A DNA stretch of 64,000 nt from Octopus vulgaris (GCA_951406725.2 OX597836.1:8432001-8496000), one strand, 5' to 3'; shown: positions 27,590-43,023, numbered from the stretch's first letter. Numbers and translations: made by a program. The notes: generated by a model from the sequence alone, not told the origin.

Positions 27590-28991
27590 AACACGCACAC
27601 ACACATAACTGGAAAGCCTCTGATTATAGGTCTGTTCATTAAGGGCTGATTTGGGGCTGAATAATAGCAAAAAATAATACAAGATCAACCTAATTTCCAC
27701 GTATGTATGTATGTATGTATGTATGTATGTATGTATGTATGTATGTATGTATGTATGCATACATGTATGCATGTATATATGCATGTGTGTATGCATGTAT
27801 ATATGCATGTGTGTATGTATGTATATATGTATGCATGAATGCGTGTATATATGTATGTATATATTGATATATGCATACATGTATATTTGTATGTATGTTT
27901 GAATTTATGCATGTATGAATGTATGAATGCATGTATGTTTGTATGAGTGTTGTGTATATATATATATATATATGCATGTATGTATATATGTGTATATATA
28001 TATATATACATGTATGTATGTATGTATATATGTATGTCTCTATAAGTATATATATATATACATGTACGTATGTATGCGTGTGTATATGAATGTTGTTGTT
28101 GTTGTTTGACCAATGATCAAAGACCGTCATGCCATGACCATCCCGTCTTTGGTTTTCGAGATCAGTGTACCGTGGTCTATGTTACATGGTGTGTCTTTCC
28201 GGGAGAAAAAGAAGGTAAAGAAGAGCAGCAGCAGCAGCAGCAGCAGCAGTAGTGGTGGTAGTGGTGGTGGCGAATGTACATGATGATGATGCTGAAAAAG
28301 AGGATTGTTATGGCGGTGGTTGTGGTGGTGGCAGTGATGTTGGTGATGATGATGATGATGATGATAAAGGAGAAGAAGAGATGATGTTGATGATGATGAG
28401 GAAGAAGAAGAAGAAGAAGAAGAAGAAGAAGAAGAAGAAGAAGAAGAAGAAGAAGAAGAAGAAGAAGAAGAAGAAGAAGAAGAAGAAGAAGAAGATGGAG
28501 GAGGAGACTGAATGTTTGAGAGAAGGAAGTGATGCAATATTATTGCCCGGTCGCAATCCCAATCCAGAAGAGTCCATTCATTGATCGACGGAGGGTGAAC
28601 AGGCCTTGGTTTCACTTTCGTTATCAGTTGGTCTGCAATGGATTTAGAGAGAGAGCGGCGCGGGTGGTGGTGATGGCGATGATCCTGAGAGGAAGGAAGA
28701 GAGATAGGGAGAGGGAGAGAAAAATGAGAAGGAGTGACAGTAGGAAAGAGAGAGAGAGAAGGAGCAGGATGATTGAGAGAAAGAGTGGGAGAGTGAGGGG
28801 GAGAGAGAGAGAGAGAGAGAGTGACACAGAGTGGGAAAAAGAAAGAGAGTGAGAGAAATGGAGTGACAGATAGAGATAGAAAGAGAGAGAGATAGATAGA
28901 AAGAGCAAGAGAGAAAAAGCGAGAGAGAGAGAAAGCGAGAGAGAGAGAGAGAGAGAGAGAAGGGAATACGTTGGAGGCTGGGTTCGCGCGC

Positions 28992-29039
<48 letters not shown>

Positions 29040-29477
29040 AGATGGGTGTGTATACATTGTTTCTGTGTGTGTTCGCGTGTCTGTCTGTCTGTGTGTATGT
29101 ATGTATGTATGTATATGTGTGTATGTGTTACGGTTTTTATGTGTGAGTGCATGCATGTGTGTTAGTGTGTTTGTGTATGTTCATTTCTGTATGTATGTCT
29201 ATGTGTGTATGTGTGTATGTCGTATGTTAGAATGTGTTTATGTCAGGATGGCGTGTTAGATTTTGTGTGTGTGTGTGCATTAAGGTGTTTGTCTGTATGT
29301 GTGTGTGTGTGTGAGTATATATGTGTGTGTGTGTGTGTGTGCGTTTATGTATAGTATTTTGTTTTCATGCAAATATCAGATCTATTTATTTTATGAGCCA
29401 TTCAAATGTGTCTTAAACACTGCAAGCATACTGGAGTCACATGTACTAACATCTGTCTGTCTGTCTATCTGCCCTGC

Positions 29478-29524
<47 letters not shown>

Positions 29525-29595
29525 CCTATCTATCTGTCTATCTATCTGTCTGTCTATCTAATATCTATCTATCTACCTACCTACCTATCTATCTG

Positions 29596-29636
<41 letters not shown>

Positions 29637-29654
29637 TTACCCTTTTAGTCTTTC

Positions 29655-30070
29655 ATTGGTTTCAGTCATGTGACTTTGGCCATGCTGGAGCACCGCGTTT
29701 GGTCGAGCAAATCGACCCCAGTACTTATTCTTTGTAAGCCTAGAACTTATTCTATCGGTCTATTTTGCCGAACCGCTAAGTAACGGGGATGTAAACACAC
29801 CAGCATCGGTTGTCAAGCTATGTTGGGGAGACAAACACAGACACACAAACACATACATACATACATACATACATACATACATACATGCATATATATATAC
29901 ATATATACGACGGGCTTCTTTCAGTTTCCGTCTACCAAATCCACTCACAAGGCTTTGGTCGGCCCGAGGCTATAGCAGAAGACACTTGCCCAAGGTGCTA
30001 CGCAGTGGGACTGAACCCGGAACCATGTGGTTGGTAAGCAAGCTACTTACCACACAGCCACTCCTACGCC
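29655..30070 (-). mobile_element. SINE family 1
   Basis: Full length. Confidence 0.9.
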
Positions 30071-30128
30071 ATTTATCTATCTATATATCTATCTCTATAG
30101 ATATATATGGATATATGCGCTATATCTG

Positions 30129-30183
<55 letters not shown>

Positions 30184-30291
30184 GCGTATGCAACTTAATT
30201 CATTCAAATTCGTTTGCTCTTCCACACATCCAAAGACACACACGATGTGTATGAACTTTTCCCCGAAAGTATGTATACATGCATGTATGTA

Positions 30292-30394
<103 letters not shown>

Positions 30395-30668
30395 CACACA
30401 CATATATTCACTCTGACGTTTATACACCCAAATTTTAGCAGTCCGTTCGTTTACGATATAAAGCCATTCATAAAAGTAATATTTACGATCTGTTGCCATT
30501 CACTGAAATATATATATATATATACATTTGTCTATTCATATACCTCGTATATGTTGAATTAAGTCATATTCTATGCTACGTGTCCAGCGTCCGATGCTGT
30601 TTACGTTTGCTTTCATTCATAAATCTACATTTTTACATAGCCGTGTCAAATAGTACTGCCATCCATCC

Positions 30669-30727
<59 letters not shown>

Positions 30728-30728
30728 A

Positions 30729-30885
<157 letters not shown>

Positions 30886-31110
30886 GTCTATCTATCTATC
30901 TGTCTGTCTGTCTGTCTGTCCGTCTGTCCAATTTGTGTCCAACACTCTTTCTCTATGCAGACACGCCAGGGCATACACGCTTGTGTGTGTATTTTATCAT
31001 TGCTTTAGCTGCTAAGATAAGTGTGTGACACAATTGCTACAGTTTCGTGGTGACACATATTGGCCTCATATGAGTGTGTGTGTATGGATATGTTTATATA
31101 TGTATGTATG

Positions 31111-31183
<73 letters not shown>

Positions 31184-31184
31184 A

Positions 31185-31229
<45 letters not shown>

Positions 31230-31759
31230 ATATACACACACATTCATATATTCATATGTATGCATATATATATGTTTACATATATATGCATCTATTTGTG
31301 TGCATCTTATGTAGGTGAATATAAATGTAAATATATGTATGTATATATATTTATATATTTACGTATGTATGTCTCTCTCTCTCTCTCGCTGTCTCTTTAT
31401 ACACACACACACAGACACACACACATATATTCACATACACAAACATATATCACATACATTTACATGTATATATGCACATATGTTATATGTTTACATATAT
31501 ATTATATATATACATGCAAGCGTACATACATATACATATTTATTTTATATATATATATATATATATGTATATATGCTAAATATATATGTATACGAGTATA
31601 TATTATATGCACGTATGTATATATACACAGAGATTCACACACATAGACACACACACAAGACACACATACGCACATATACATACCTATATGCATACCTATA
31701 TAGAAGTTGATAGACAGACAGACAAACAAATAAATATATAGGGAGACAAATGAAGAGAT

Positions 31760-31798
<39 letters not shown>

Positions 31799-33002
31799 AA
31801 GAGAGAGGGCAAGAGAGAGAGAGAGATGTTACAAGGCAGACATAGATGCAGTTTTGTGCAGTAGCATATAATTGTTGAGAAATGCATGCAGAACTGAGCA
31901 ATTGACGAATGATACAAAAACAGCAGACACTGCATAAATATATATCTATATACGTGTGTATATATATATCTATACACTGCAGACGAGACACATTAAAACC
32001 GACACCAAATAGTGCCGTGGCAAATGTAAGCAACATTTTCGTCTCTTCATCGCTATCCCGCCAAATATTGTCGTCTGCTAGCTTACATACCGAAATTGCT
32101 TTCATTCTAACACAACTCTGTGTCTTTCCTTTTTATCTTTGTATCTCTATTTCCCTTTGATTTTCCAGTTTTAATTTCTTTGAATATTTTCTTCCTTCTT
32201 CTCTTCTCTTTCTTTCATCCAAATTTTTGTTAGAATTTGCTGTTTGTTGCTTTCTTTGTCTTCTTTGTTTGTTTCTTTTCCGTTCTCATGTCCGTTCCAT
32301 CGCCACTCACCAAACATTATATCGTCTGTTAAGTAATTTATACACGTTAAAGGTATTTTTAATACCGACACTAATATAAAACATGTATTAGTCTCTCCTT
32401 TTCAACAGATTTCTGTTTGTTCCTGTCTTTTCTCTATCAATGTACACACACACACACACACACACGTAAACATGCACACATATGAAAAAAACACACACAC
32501 AGACATACGTTTGAGAAATTATAAGAATTATGTAGGTGTAAATGTATGTGTGAGCTTATATGAGTGTATAGTTTTAATGTTACATACATATATAATTCCA
32601 CATACACATATACACACACACACACACACACCTCATACATACACGGAGCTTTACATGAATACACATATACTCATAAACACCTGTACGTACACACGCATAT
32701 ACATATGTATCTACATATATAAACTGATATATATGTTTACATACATACATCCATACATATACTTACATAAATACATACATACATACATACATACATACAT
32801 ACACATACATACGTACACACACACACACATATATATATATATGTATATTTATATATGCACACATGTATTTATGTGTTTGTGTGCGTGTCTAAGTATATGC
32901 ATGTGTATACATATGTATACAAACACATAAACATAGAAGCGTGTGTGTGTGTGTGTTTGTAAAGAAAGAAAATACAAGAACAACCCTCCCCAAAATTATA
33001 GA

Positions 33003-33049
<47 letters not shown>

Positions 33050-33373
33050 TCACCTAAATAATTCTGCTGATTCGTCGGTTTGTTTACCTCGTCTCTAACT
33101 CTGACAAACTATGTCTGACACTGTAAACATCTCTCTCCCTCTCTCCCTCTCTTTCTCTGCTCCTCTCCCTCTTTCACTTAGACCATAATTCTTTCTTTTA
33201 AAATCTCATTCACTCTCTATATTTACTCCATATTTCTAGTTTGTCCCTCCTTCTCACTCGTACCCTCTCTCTCTTTCTGTCTGTCAGTCTGTCTCTCTAT
33301 CTATCTACCTATCTAACTTATATAAACTTTTTCTCTTTAAACGTCTATCTGTCTTTCTTTCTTTGCATATACG

Positions 33374-33463
<90 letters not shown>

Positions 33464-33580
33464 TTCATCTTCCATGAAATCCTCTCTCATCATCTCTATT
33501 TGTCCCAGTTTACCCCTTATTCTCCCCAGCACCAAAATCACCATCAACTTTACCAGAATTTTCTCAAGAACTTCACTTAC

Positions 33581-34076
33581 TTTCCAAGTCTTCGCAGTCT
33601 CTGAAGAGATTGCCATACTGCAGATATATAACAATTTCGCACATGTCCAGGTGGGGGTCAAGAACATAGCTGTCTTCAGTGGTGGCCAGATATTTCTCAG
33701 GAGTATTCGTATAGTTATAATAGTACTTCCGGACCAGAATCGGAGATTGGTAAAAAGTCACATTATAAGTGGGAATTTCGGCCGTTTGAGAATTTGGGAA
33801 ATGGTTCGGATAAAAATACAAAATCTGGAGGTAGGAGTTCGTGTCTCTGGGCACAATTATTTTCGTACGGTTCGACGTGGACACCACTCGAAAGAGCCGA
33901 ACGAAATCGAAACCGCGATATTCCCAGTAGTCCGTGGAAATGGCAATAATTAAAAGAATTGTCACGTTGATTGTATAAATCAACGAGCTAAGGCCAAAGA
34001 ATTTCATTAAGTCGCAAGTCGGCCCGTTCGAAGATGCGTTCTGTGACATCTTCGTCGGAATTGGACGGTTCCACAT
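33581..34076 (-). CDS. First coding exon of a claudin/PMP22/EMP-superfamily (tetraspan) membrane protein
   Basis: Non-repetitive 165-codon ORF: hydrophobic TM1 (FFGLSSLIYTINVTILLIIAIST), then DYW, a long loop and YGNLFRDC, matching the claudin W...[G/N]L[W/F]xxC signature. Ends at a canonical donor GAAA|GTAAGT (plus acttac 33575-33580), phase 1. Start Met uncertain (MWN, MSQ or MKF). Confidence 0.82.
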
Positions 34077-34944
34077 GGTGCTGGTTGCTGGTAGGCTGCT
34101 TTATATACCTGCTTCCTAAAATACCTCCTACTTGGAACAACCCGTTTTTCGAAGGCGCGTTATTTGATTTGTTTTCGTTAATAACACGGATTATGGTAAT
34201 AATATTATTAATACCAATTAATATTATTACCACAGTTGCAGTTATTGTCGTTGTTATTGCAGTGGGTGTTGCTTATGTTATTAAACCTGATTAATTAGTG
34301 ACTCGTCTGACAGTGGTCGTGGACGCTAATTATTTTGTTTACTGCTAATATTAACTTATTGTTGATAATTATTTTGTTTACTGCTAATATTAATTTATTG
34401 TTGTTAAATATTTCTTTATCTCTCGCTTTTCCTTTGTTGCTTTCTGTTGATACTTCAACAAGAGAGAATCTGAAAAGATATAAACAAAGAAGAAATACCG
34501 TATTAATACATTTAAATAAATATATACACTCGTAAATACATGTATGCAAATATATTTAAAAGAAAACACACACAACTTAATAGATTTCTACACACACATA
34601 GCAAACATACCAATATTTATACCTTTATACACATACCCACACTTATGTATGTATGTATGTATGTATGTATGTATGTATGTATGTATGTATGTATGTATGT
34701 ATGTATGTATGTATGCATGTATGTATGTATGTATGCCTGCATGCATGCATGCATGTATGTATGTATGTATGTATGTATGTATGTATGTATGTATGTATGT
34801 ATGTACGTATGTATGTATGTATGCATGCATGTATGAATGGATGAATGTATGTATATGCGTGTATGCACGTATGTATGTATATATATATATGTATATATAT
34901 GCATGTATATATACACATATATACACATACACGACACAAGCACA

Positions 34945-35335
34945 CATAAACCGTGGGACTCCGTCGGTTGCGACGACTTGGGTTCCAGCTGATCCGACCA
35001 ACGGAACAGCCTGCTCGTGAAATTAACGTGTAAATGACTGAGCACTCCACAGACACGTGTACCCTTAACGTAGTTCTCCGGGGAGATTCAGCGTGACACA
35101 GAGTGTGACAAGGCTGACCCCTTTGAAATACAGGTGCAACAGAAACAGGAACAGGAAGAAAGAGTGAGAGAAAGTTGTGGTGGAAGACTACAGCAGGGTT
35201 CGCCACCACACCCTGCAGGAGCCACGTGGAGCTTTAGGTGTTTTTGCTCAATAAACACTCATAACGCCCAGTCTGGGAATCGAAACCGCAATCCTATGAC
35301 CGAACGTCCACTGCTCTAACCATTGGGCCATTGAG
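34945..35335 (-). mobile_element. SINE family 3, long form
   Basis: Similar to 55226-55613. Confidence 0.85.
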
Positions 35336-35880
35336 TCTCAGCATATACATGTATACATAACACACTAAACACATGCCAAATTATATCTATGAATCTGTCT
35401 ATATACATGTGCATGTATGTATGTATGTATGTATGTATGTATGTATGTATGTATGTATGTATGCATGTATGTATCTAGGTATGCACGGGTGTATGCTTGA
35501 ATGTATGTAAGCATGTATGCTTGCATGTATGTGTGTATACATGGATGCTAGTATCTATGCATGTATGCATATATGCATACATGAATACATGTATGTATTC
35601 ATGTATGCATATATGTACGGATGAGTGTGTGTATGCATGGTTGTATGTATGTAAGAATGAATGTCACATATGCAATCTATGTATGTCTGAATAACTGAAT
35701 GCATGTATGTAAATGTATATGTATGCATCTATGTATGTATGCATAAATCTATGTGCGTACATATATACATATATGTGTGTGTGTGTGTGTGTGTATATGT
35801 ATATGTAAGTATGTATGTACTAATGCTTATGTATATAAGTATGTATGAATATATACATACATACATATATGCATACATTC

Positions 35881-35939
<59 letters not shown>

Positions 35940-36149
35940 CGGAATGCATCTATACATGCATGGATGGATGTATGTATGGAATACATGTAAGTATATATTA
36001 ATGTAGTACGTCTTTCCTGTATGAAAGCAAGGCATGCAATGTACGCCAGACCTACACAAATGTATACAACAAACAAATCTAGCTTTTATATAAATCTTTC
36101 ACAATTACGAAAAGCAGGGAATTAAAACGCATGTATGACGTACATACAT

Positions 36150-36292
36150 ACTTACACACATACTTACACACATACTTACACACATACTTACACACATACT
36201 TACACACATACTTACACACATACTTACACACATACTTACACACATACTTACACACATACTTACATACATACTTACATACATACTTACATACA
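36150..36292. repeat. 12-bp tandem repeat (acacatacttac)n
   Basis: About 11 units directly visible. Confidence 0.9.
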
Positions 36293-36496
36293 TACGTACG
36301 TACATACATGTCATACTTACATACATACGTACGTACATATGAACGTACATGCACCTATACATACATACATACATACACACTCACATAGACTCGCACATTT
36401 ACTATCTTTCCCTCTCCCTCTCTCTCCCAAACTCCTCCCTCCCTCCTTCATGTATATACACAAATGTATGCACATTTAAGCATTTATATATATATA

Positions 36497-36691
36497 CTCT
36501 TTTACTTGTTTCAGTCATTTGACTGCGGCCATGCTGGAGCACCGCCTTTAGTCGAGCAACTCGAGCCCCCGGGACTTATTCTTATTGTAAGCCCAGTACT
36601 TATTCTATCGGTCTCTGTGCCGAACCGCTAAGTGACGGGGACGTAAACACACCAGCATCGGTTGTCAAGCAATGCTAGGGGAACAAACACA

Positions 36692-36765
<74 letters not shown>

Positions 36766-36937
36766 CACATATACGACAGGCTTCTTTCAGTTTCCGTCTA
36801 CCAAATCCACTCACAAGGCTTTGGTCGGCCCAGGGCTATAGCAGAAGACACTTGCCCAAGGTGCCACGCAGTGGGACTGAACCCGGAACCATGTGGTTGG
36901 TTAGCAAGCTACTTACCACACAGCCACTCCTGCGCCT
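36497..36937 (-). mobile_element. SINE family 1
   Basis: Full length. Confidence 0.9.
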
Positions 36938-37379
36938 AAATATATATATATTTAAATTTTTTTATCTAGTTTCAGCTCACAAGCTGTGGCCACGCTGGGG
37001 CACCGCCATTTAAAAAATTATCTGTCAGAAGTGGGATATATTCAATTTTTATCTTAATATGTTTATCTTTTAGAGAATTCGTAACAAACGTTTTCAAACA
37101 CAAATTAATAAGTTTGTATGCTTCCGTGTATGTATGAATGTATGTACGTATATATGTATGCATGTATATATGTATGTATGCATGTATGTGTGTATGGATG
37201 TACATATGTACATATGTATGTATGCATATATGCATGCGTGTATGTATAAATGTACGTATGCATATATGTATGCATATATATATATATATGTATGTATTCA
37301 TGTATGCATGTATGCATATATGAGTGTAAGTACGTATGTATGTATGTATGCATGTATGTATTTATGTATGTGTGTATGT

Positions 37380-37512
37380 ACGTATGTATGCAGATTTGTA
37401 TGTATATATGTATGTATGTATAAATGTATATATATATATATATATATTATATGTGTATGCATGTATGTATGTATGTATGCAGATTTGTATGTATATATGT
37501 ATGTATGTATAA

Positions 37513-37555
<43 letters not shown>

Positions 37556-37613
37556 GTATGCATGTATGTACGTATGTATGCAGATTTGTATGTATATATG
37601 TATGTATGTATAA

Positions 37614-37652
<39 letters not shown>

Positions 37653-37675
37653 GTATGCATGTATGTATGTATGCA
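37380..37675. repeat. Three tandem ~95-bp units built from microsatellite
   Basis: gtatgcagatttgtatg...ataaatg(ta)n ttatatgtgtatgc occurs three times. Confidence 0.8.
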
Positions 37676-38131
37676 TGCATGTATGCATGTATGTATGTGC
37701 GTATGTAGGTATACATGTATATATGTGTCTATCAATTTATCTATCCGTCCATCCATACATAATATATGCGTGCATTTGTGATGTGTATATGTATATAGGT
37801 GTATATATATATATATATATATATACACCGACACACACACACAATCACACGTATATACTCACGCTCATCCTCATATACATATATACACACGAATACATAT
37901 ATAGTAGAGCATAACACAATTATCTAACAATGTTTTTTAATTATGTTTTCAATGTGAACAGAATTCTGTCGAGAGGCCGGAGAGAGGATTTCAGCAGCGT
38001 ATTATACTATGCATGCATAGACAGACAGACAGATACATAGATAACTGGTTAGATAGATTGGTAGACAGACAATCTATCTAACAATCTATAGGCGCAATCT
38101 ATAGACAGACAATCTATAGACAGACAATCTA

Positions 38132-38530
38132 TAGGCGCAGGAGTGGCTGTGTGGTAAGTAGCTTGCTAACCAACCACATGGTTCCGGGTTCAGTCCCACT
38201 GCGTGGCATCTTGGGCAAGTGTCTTCTGCTATAGCCCCGGGCCGACCAATGCCTTGTGAGTGGATTTGGTAGACGGAAACTGAAAGAAGCCTGTCGTATA
38301 TATGTACATATATGTAAGTGTGTGTGTATATGTTTGTGTGTCTGTGTTTGTCCCCCTAGCATTGCTTGACAACCGATGCTGGTGTGTTTACGTCCCCGTC
38401 ACTTAGCGGTTCGGCAAAAGAGACCGATAGAATAAGTACTGGGCTTACAAAGAATAAGTCCCGGGGTCGATTTGCTCGACTAAAGGCGGTGCTCCAGCAT
38501 GGCCGCAGTCAAATGACTGAAACAAGTAAA
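38132..38530 (+). mobile_element. SINE family 1
   Basis: A-box tggctgtgtgg, B-box ggttcagtccc, full tail. Confidence 0.9.
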
Positions 38531-38560
38531 GAGAGAGACAAATGGATAGATAGATAGATT

Positions 38561-38630
<70 letters not shown>

Positions 38631-39192
38631 CAAATGGGAAGGCAGACAGTCAGGTAGTTAGATAGATAGGTAGACAGGATACATAGGATAGATAGATAGA
38701 TTGACTGATTGATTGATAGATGGCTGAGAGGTATGAGTATGACATAAAACGGGTTAGAATGCTATCGTCGGTTTGATGACGCGTATTCCATTTTGCCTTA
38801 TTGACACAGCATAAGGCTGCGAGGTTGTTGAATCGTTAGCACACTGGACGAAATGCTCAACCGCCTTTCGTACGTCTTTACGTTCTGAATTCAAACCACG
38901 CCGAGGTCGACTTCGTCGTTCATCCTTTCAGGGTTGGAGGACAGTAACTTGAACGCCAGAGGAGTACTGGACTCGATGTAATCGATTTATTCCTCTGCCG
39001 AAATTGCTCGCCTTGTGCCAAAATTTGAAACCAATAAGTGCAATAGTTGGCCCGAAATCGACGGTGAGATTCTGACTAGTCGACAATAGTTAAAAATATA
39101 AACGGTCTATTATTCATATTGAGCGTGTCTTTTTTCAGATTTATGGACAACTAACTGATCATATGTAAGGATATACATGTACACGCATATGT

Positions 39193-39237
<45 letters not shown>

Positions 39238-39239
39238 CT

Positions 39240-39539
39240 TTGTTCGCTGTATTGCGTGCTTGTTTCTTTGTTGTATCTGTGATGTTATTTTTGATCTACA
39301 TAAATGAAAATATTTCCTTCCTTTTGCTGCTTTTCTTTCTACGAAATGAGAAGATACATTGTGGAACTGTTATTTTAACGATCTGTGTCTATTTATCACC
39401 TGATGAGACACATCTGCACCGCCGGATGCTCCTGAACCAGTTGTTAAGCGTTTCACCTGTGAGGGATCGATGCTAGATGTGTCGAAACAATTGTGATTCA
39501 TAATAAATTCTCGTATATTCATCTTCCGTCTTTCATTTA

Positions 39540-39542
<3 letters not shown>
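39240..39542 (+). mobile_element. PLE-like element in (TA)n with HHR-like motif at 39395-39497
   Basis: AUCAC-CUGAUGA-GACACAUCU...AGAUGUGUC-GAAAC-AAUU-GUGAU; extended stem II, imperfect cleavage junction. Confidence 0.6.
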
Positions 39543-39598
<56 letters not shown>

Positions 39599-39717
39599 TA
39601 TGTATATATGTACGTATGTACATACATATGCCACCAGATGGAAAGAAGAAGCTTTTTCCCATGAAGTTCCCTTCTCGGTCGTGGTTGAGCTTTTTCCCTT
39701 TTATATGTATACTTTTC

Positions 39718-40110
39718 AGCTCTAGGCACAAAGCCCGAAATTTTTTGGGATGGGACCAGTTGATTAGATCGACCCTAGTACGCAACTGGTACTTAATATA
39801 TGGACCCTGAGAGGATAAAAGGCAAAGTCGACCTCGGGGTAATTTGAACTCAGAACGTAATGACAGACGAAATACCGCTAAGGTTTCTGCTAGCTCGCCG
39901 CCTTAGTTACAATAAATTCTCTTTTCTACTCTAGGCACAAGGCCCGAAATTTTTGGTGAGGGGGCCAGTCGATTAGGTCGACCCCAGGACGCTATTGGTA
40001 CTTAATTTATCGACTCCAAAAGGATGAAAGCAAAGTGGACCTCGGCGAAATTTGAACTCATAACGTAAAGACAGATGAAATACGGCTAAGCATTTCGCCC
40101 GGCGTGCTAA
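39718..40110 (-). mobile_element. Two tandem SINE family 2 copies
   Basis: ctctaggcacaa...gtcgacctcgg...tttgaactca occurs twice. Confidence 0.82.
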
Positions 40111-40982
40111 TGCGATCGCCGATCCACAAGCACCCGTGGACGGACTTGTAGATTTCTTTTTAAAAAAACAAGTCTAGAGTTGTTTGCTTAGAAGAAGCTT
40201 TTTTTTCGCTCTCGATCAATTTCTCGGTAATACGCAGGAGCATTTGTCATGGTAGTAGGAGCTTTTGCACTTCTTTCAAAATTTGGATTTCAGCTCACCA
40301 AACAAATTTGAGCTGAAGAATAAAACTCATAAAGCGGAACCTCGTAAAACGATGATGATGCTTATGCTTCAAGAAAATCATCGAGGGTCCTATACGCGAA
40401 GTTGGACCTATATTACATGTTTTAATACATTAAGAAACATTTTCTTTTTTACTCCTGAATATGCGCCGTTGAAATTGGGGGTGCGTCTAATACGCCCGTG
40501 CGTCTGGGTTTGTTTTTGTTTTTTTTTTTGTTTTATGACATTAAATATTGTAAATACAATCAGAGAAATTCACTTATATTTCAGATAAATTGCTTTGGAA
40601 AGCTGCTGACTACCGACTGCCCTCACTTCGACCGGGAATATTGATTCTATGAAAAATGTTGCGCACTTTCAATTAAGAAAATTGCTCAAGTTTAAATGCG
40701 CAAAAAAAATCTCTCTTATTTTATCTTTTACTTGCTTTAATCATTGGACTGCGACCATACTGTGGCACTGCCTTGAGGGGTTTTTAGTTAAACAAATCGA
40801 CTTCGGTACTTTTTAAAAAAAAAAAGCTGGTACTTATTCTATCAGTTTTCTAATGTCGAACTATCATGTTACGATACGACGGGATTCCACACAGTTTCCG
40901 CGTATGAAATTCACTGACTGTGTCCTCGTCAGTCCGGGGTTATATTAGACAACACTTGCCCAAAGTGCTGTGCAGTGGGATT

Positions 40983-41383
40983 CGAACCAATTCTACTCCA
41001 TGGCTCAGAAACCTGGACGTTATCAAAGAAGCTTGAGAGGTGGTTGGATGGAACTTACACTCGCCTCCTTATGAGAGCTCAAAATCTCTCATGGAAGCGT
41101 CATCCAACCAAAGTACAAATATATGGGAAACTACCACCTGTATCATCTCTTGAGAAAGGTAGGAGAGTCCAGTTTGCTGGACATTGTTGTAGAGCTGAAA
41201 AAGAAGTAATTTCTACTCTTCTCCTCTGGAAGCCATCTACTCGCGATACCAGAGGGCGCACACTCTCCTACCCTGATGTAATCTCCAGGGATACAGGCAT
41301 CCAGTAATGCTATGATGGACCGTGAAGTCTGGCGTAGCATGGTAAATTCCATTGTCTCGACCATGATCGAACAATGATGATGA
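40983..41383 (+). mobile_element. 5'-truncated RTE/RTE-X LINE inserted in a SINE
   Basis: ILLHGSETWTL...RRVQFAGHCCR...AMMDREVWR, (TGA)n tail, 12-bp TSD tgcagtgggatt at 40971-40982 and 41384-41395. Confidence 0.92.
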
Positions 41384-41805
41384 TGCAGTGGGATTGAACT
41401 CGAAAGAACGTAGGTTCGAAGAGAGCTTCTTCACCACACAGCCAATACTTGCGGTTATAAACAAATAAATAAATAAATAAATACAGAAGTTAAAATAATT
41501 TTTTTGTTTTATATTTCTTTATTTCTTGGAAAAACTTGCTTTTTTTACAACTGTGCTTTTTTTTACAACTGTGCTTATTTACATAATTGCTTTAAATGAA
41601 TTATTTTTCCTAATCAGTCAAAGATTTTCCAATATCAACCGCAGTGACTTAGGTAGACAATATTGTTAGTTTTTTTTTTCATTCAGAAGCTAAAAAGAAG
41701 GCATCTACATCCCTCACACACACATACACACTTACACACACACACAAGAAATATTCTCCCCACCAAACACTTTGAATGATTATAAAGTCAGTCTTTATTA
41801 ATATA

Positions 41806-42133
41806 CTAGCCGTATCACCCGGCGTTGCTCGGGTTTGTTTCGACCCTTTAGAATTGGAATTTTTGAAAAGTAAAAATTTTGCATTATGTAGCTTGTTATT
41901 CTCTTTAAGTGAACATTTTTCTGGTTGAAATACACCGAGAAATGGCGACACAGCAGTCAAAAAATCGTAAATAATAAGGATTTTCATAGAAAAAAAGCAC
42001 GTTTTTGATGTAAATAATTTTTAGTGTTAACATGATCCAATTTGAATTTTTTCTTCTACGGAATGAAGAGCAAGCCTTCTTCTATCAAACTCTTAATTTT
42101 GGCCAACTTACGCCGCAGGGTCTCGGAGGAGAT
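41806..42133 (-). mobile_element. Non-autonomous Helitron, 5' truncated
   Basis: Minus-strand 3' end: hairpin cccgagcaacgccggg followed by ...CTAG|T; sibling at 56653-57035. Confidence 0.75.
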
Positions 42134-42239
42134 TAAACATACGTACATGTAGATATGTATGTCTGTATATATGTATATACATATATATACATATACATGT
42201 AAATAACTGTGTATATATACAGGGTGATTGAAAAGTCCC

Positions 42240-42689
<450 letters not shown>

Positions 42690-43023
42690 AGACTGCAGTT
42701 ATACTGGGGCACACGCATAATCACTTTTTCGAAATGAGTTCTATCGTTTTTCAAGGGAACTTTTCTAATCACTTTGTGAGATATTAAGAGGTAAACAAAA
42801 ATATTTATTAGAAGAAAAAAAAAAAAGAAAAAAAAGAAAAAAAGAACTTCATAGGATTAATAGTTAATATGCTAAACGGATTAGATATTAATTTGTAAGG
42901 GAAAAAATTAAACATTGGTTGTTTACTGTATGCTGGAGAGTTGTAAACTCTATCTGAAGTAGATTACGTTATTGACACTGTGTAGGAAAACATATACAGC
43001 CATATTAGTTAACTTCCAATCAG

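Noticed and set aside
31960-32110. Possible second exon (…DDNIWRDSDEETKMLLTFATALFG…)
   Set aside because: No convincing splice pair in the right phase, and no expected second Cys/TM2 pattern.
33363-33953. 196-aa plus-strand ORF
   Set aside because: Antisense shadow of the real exon, starting in (CA)n.
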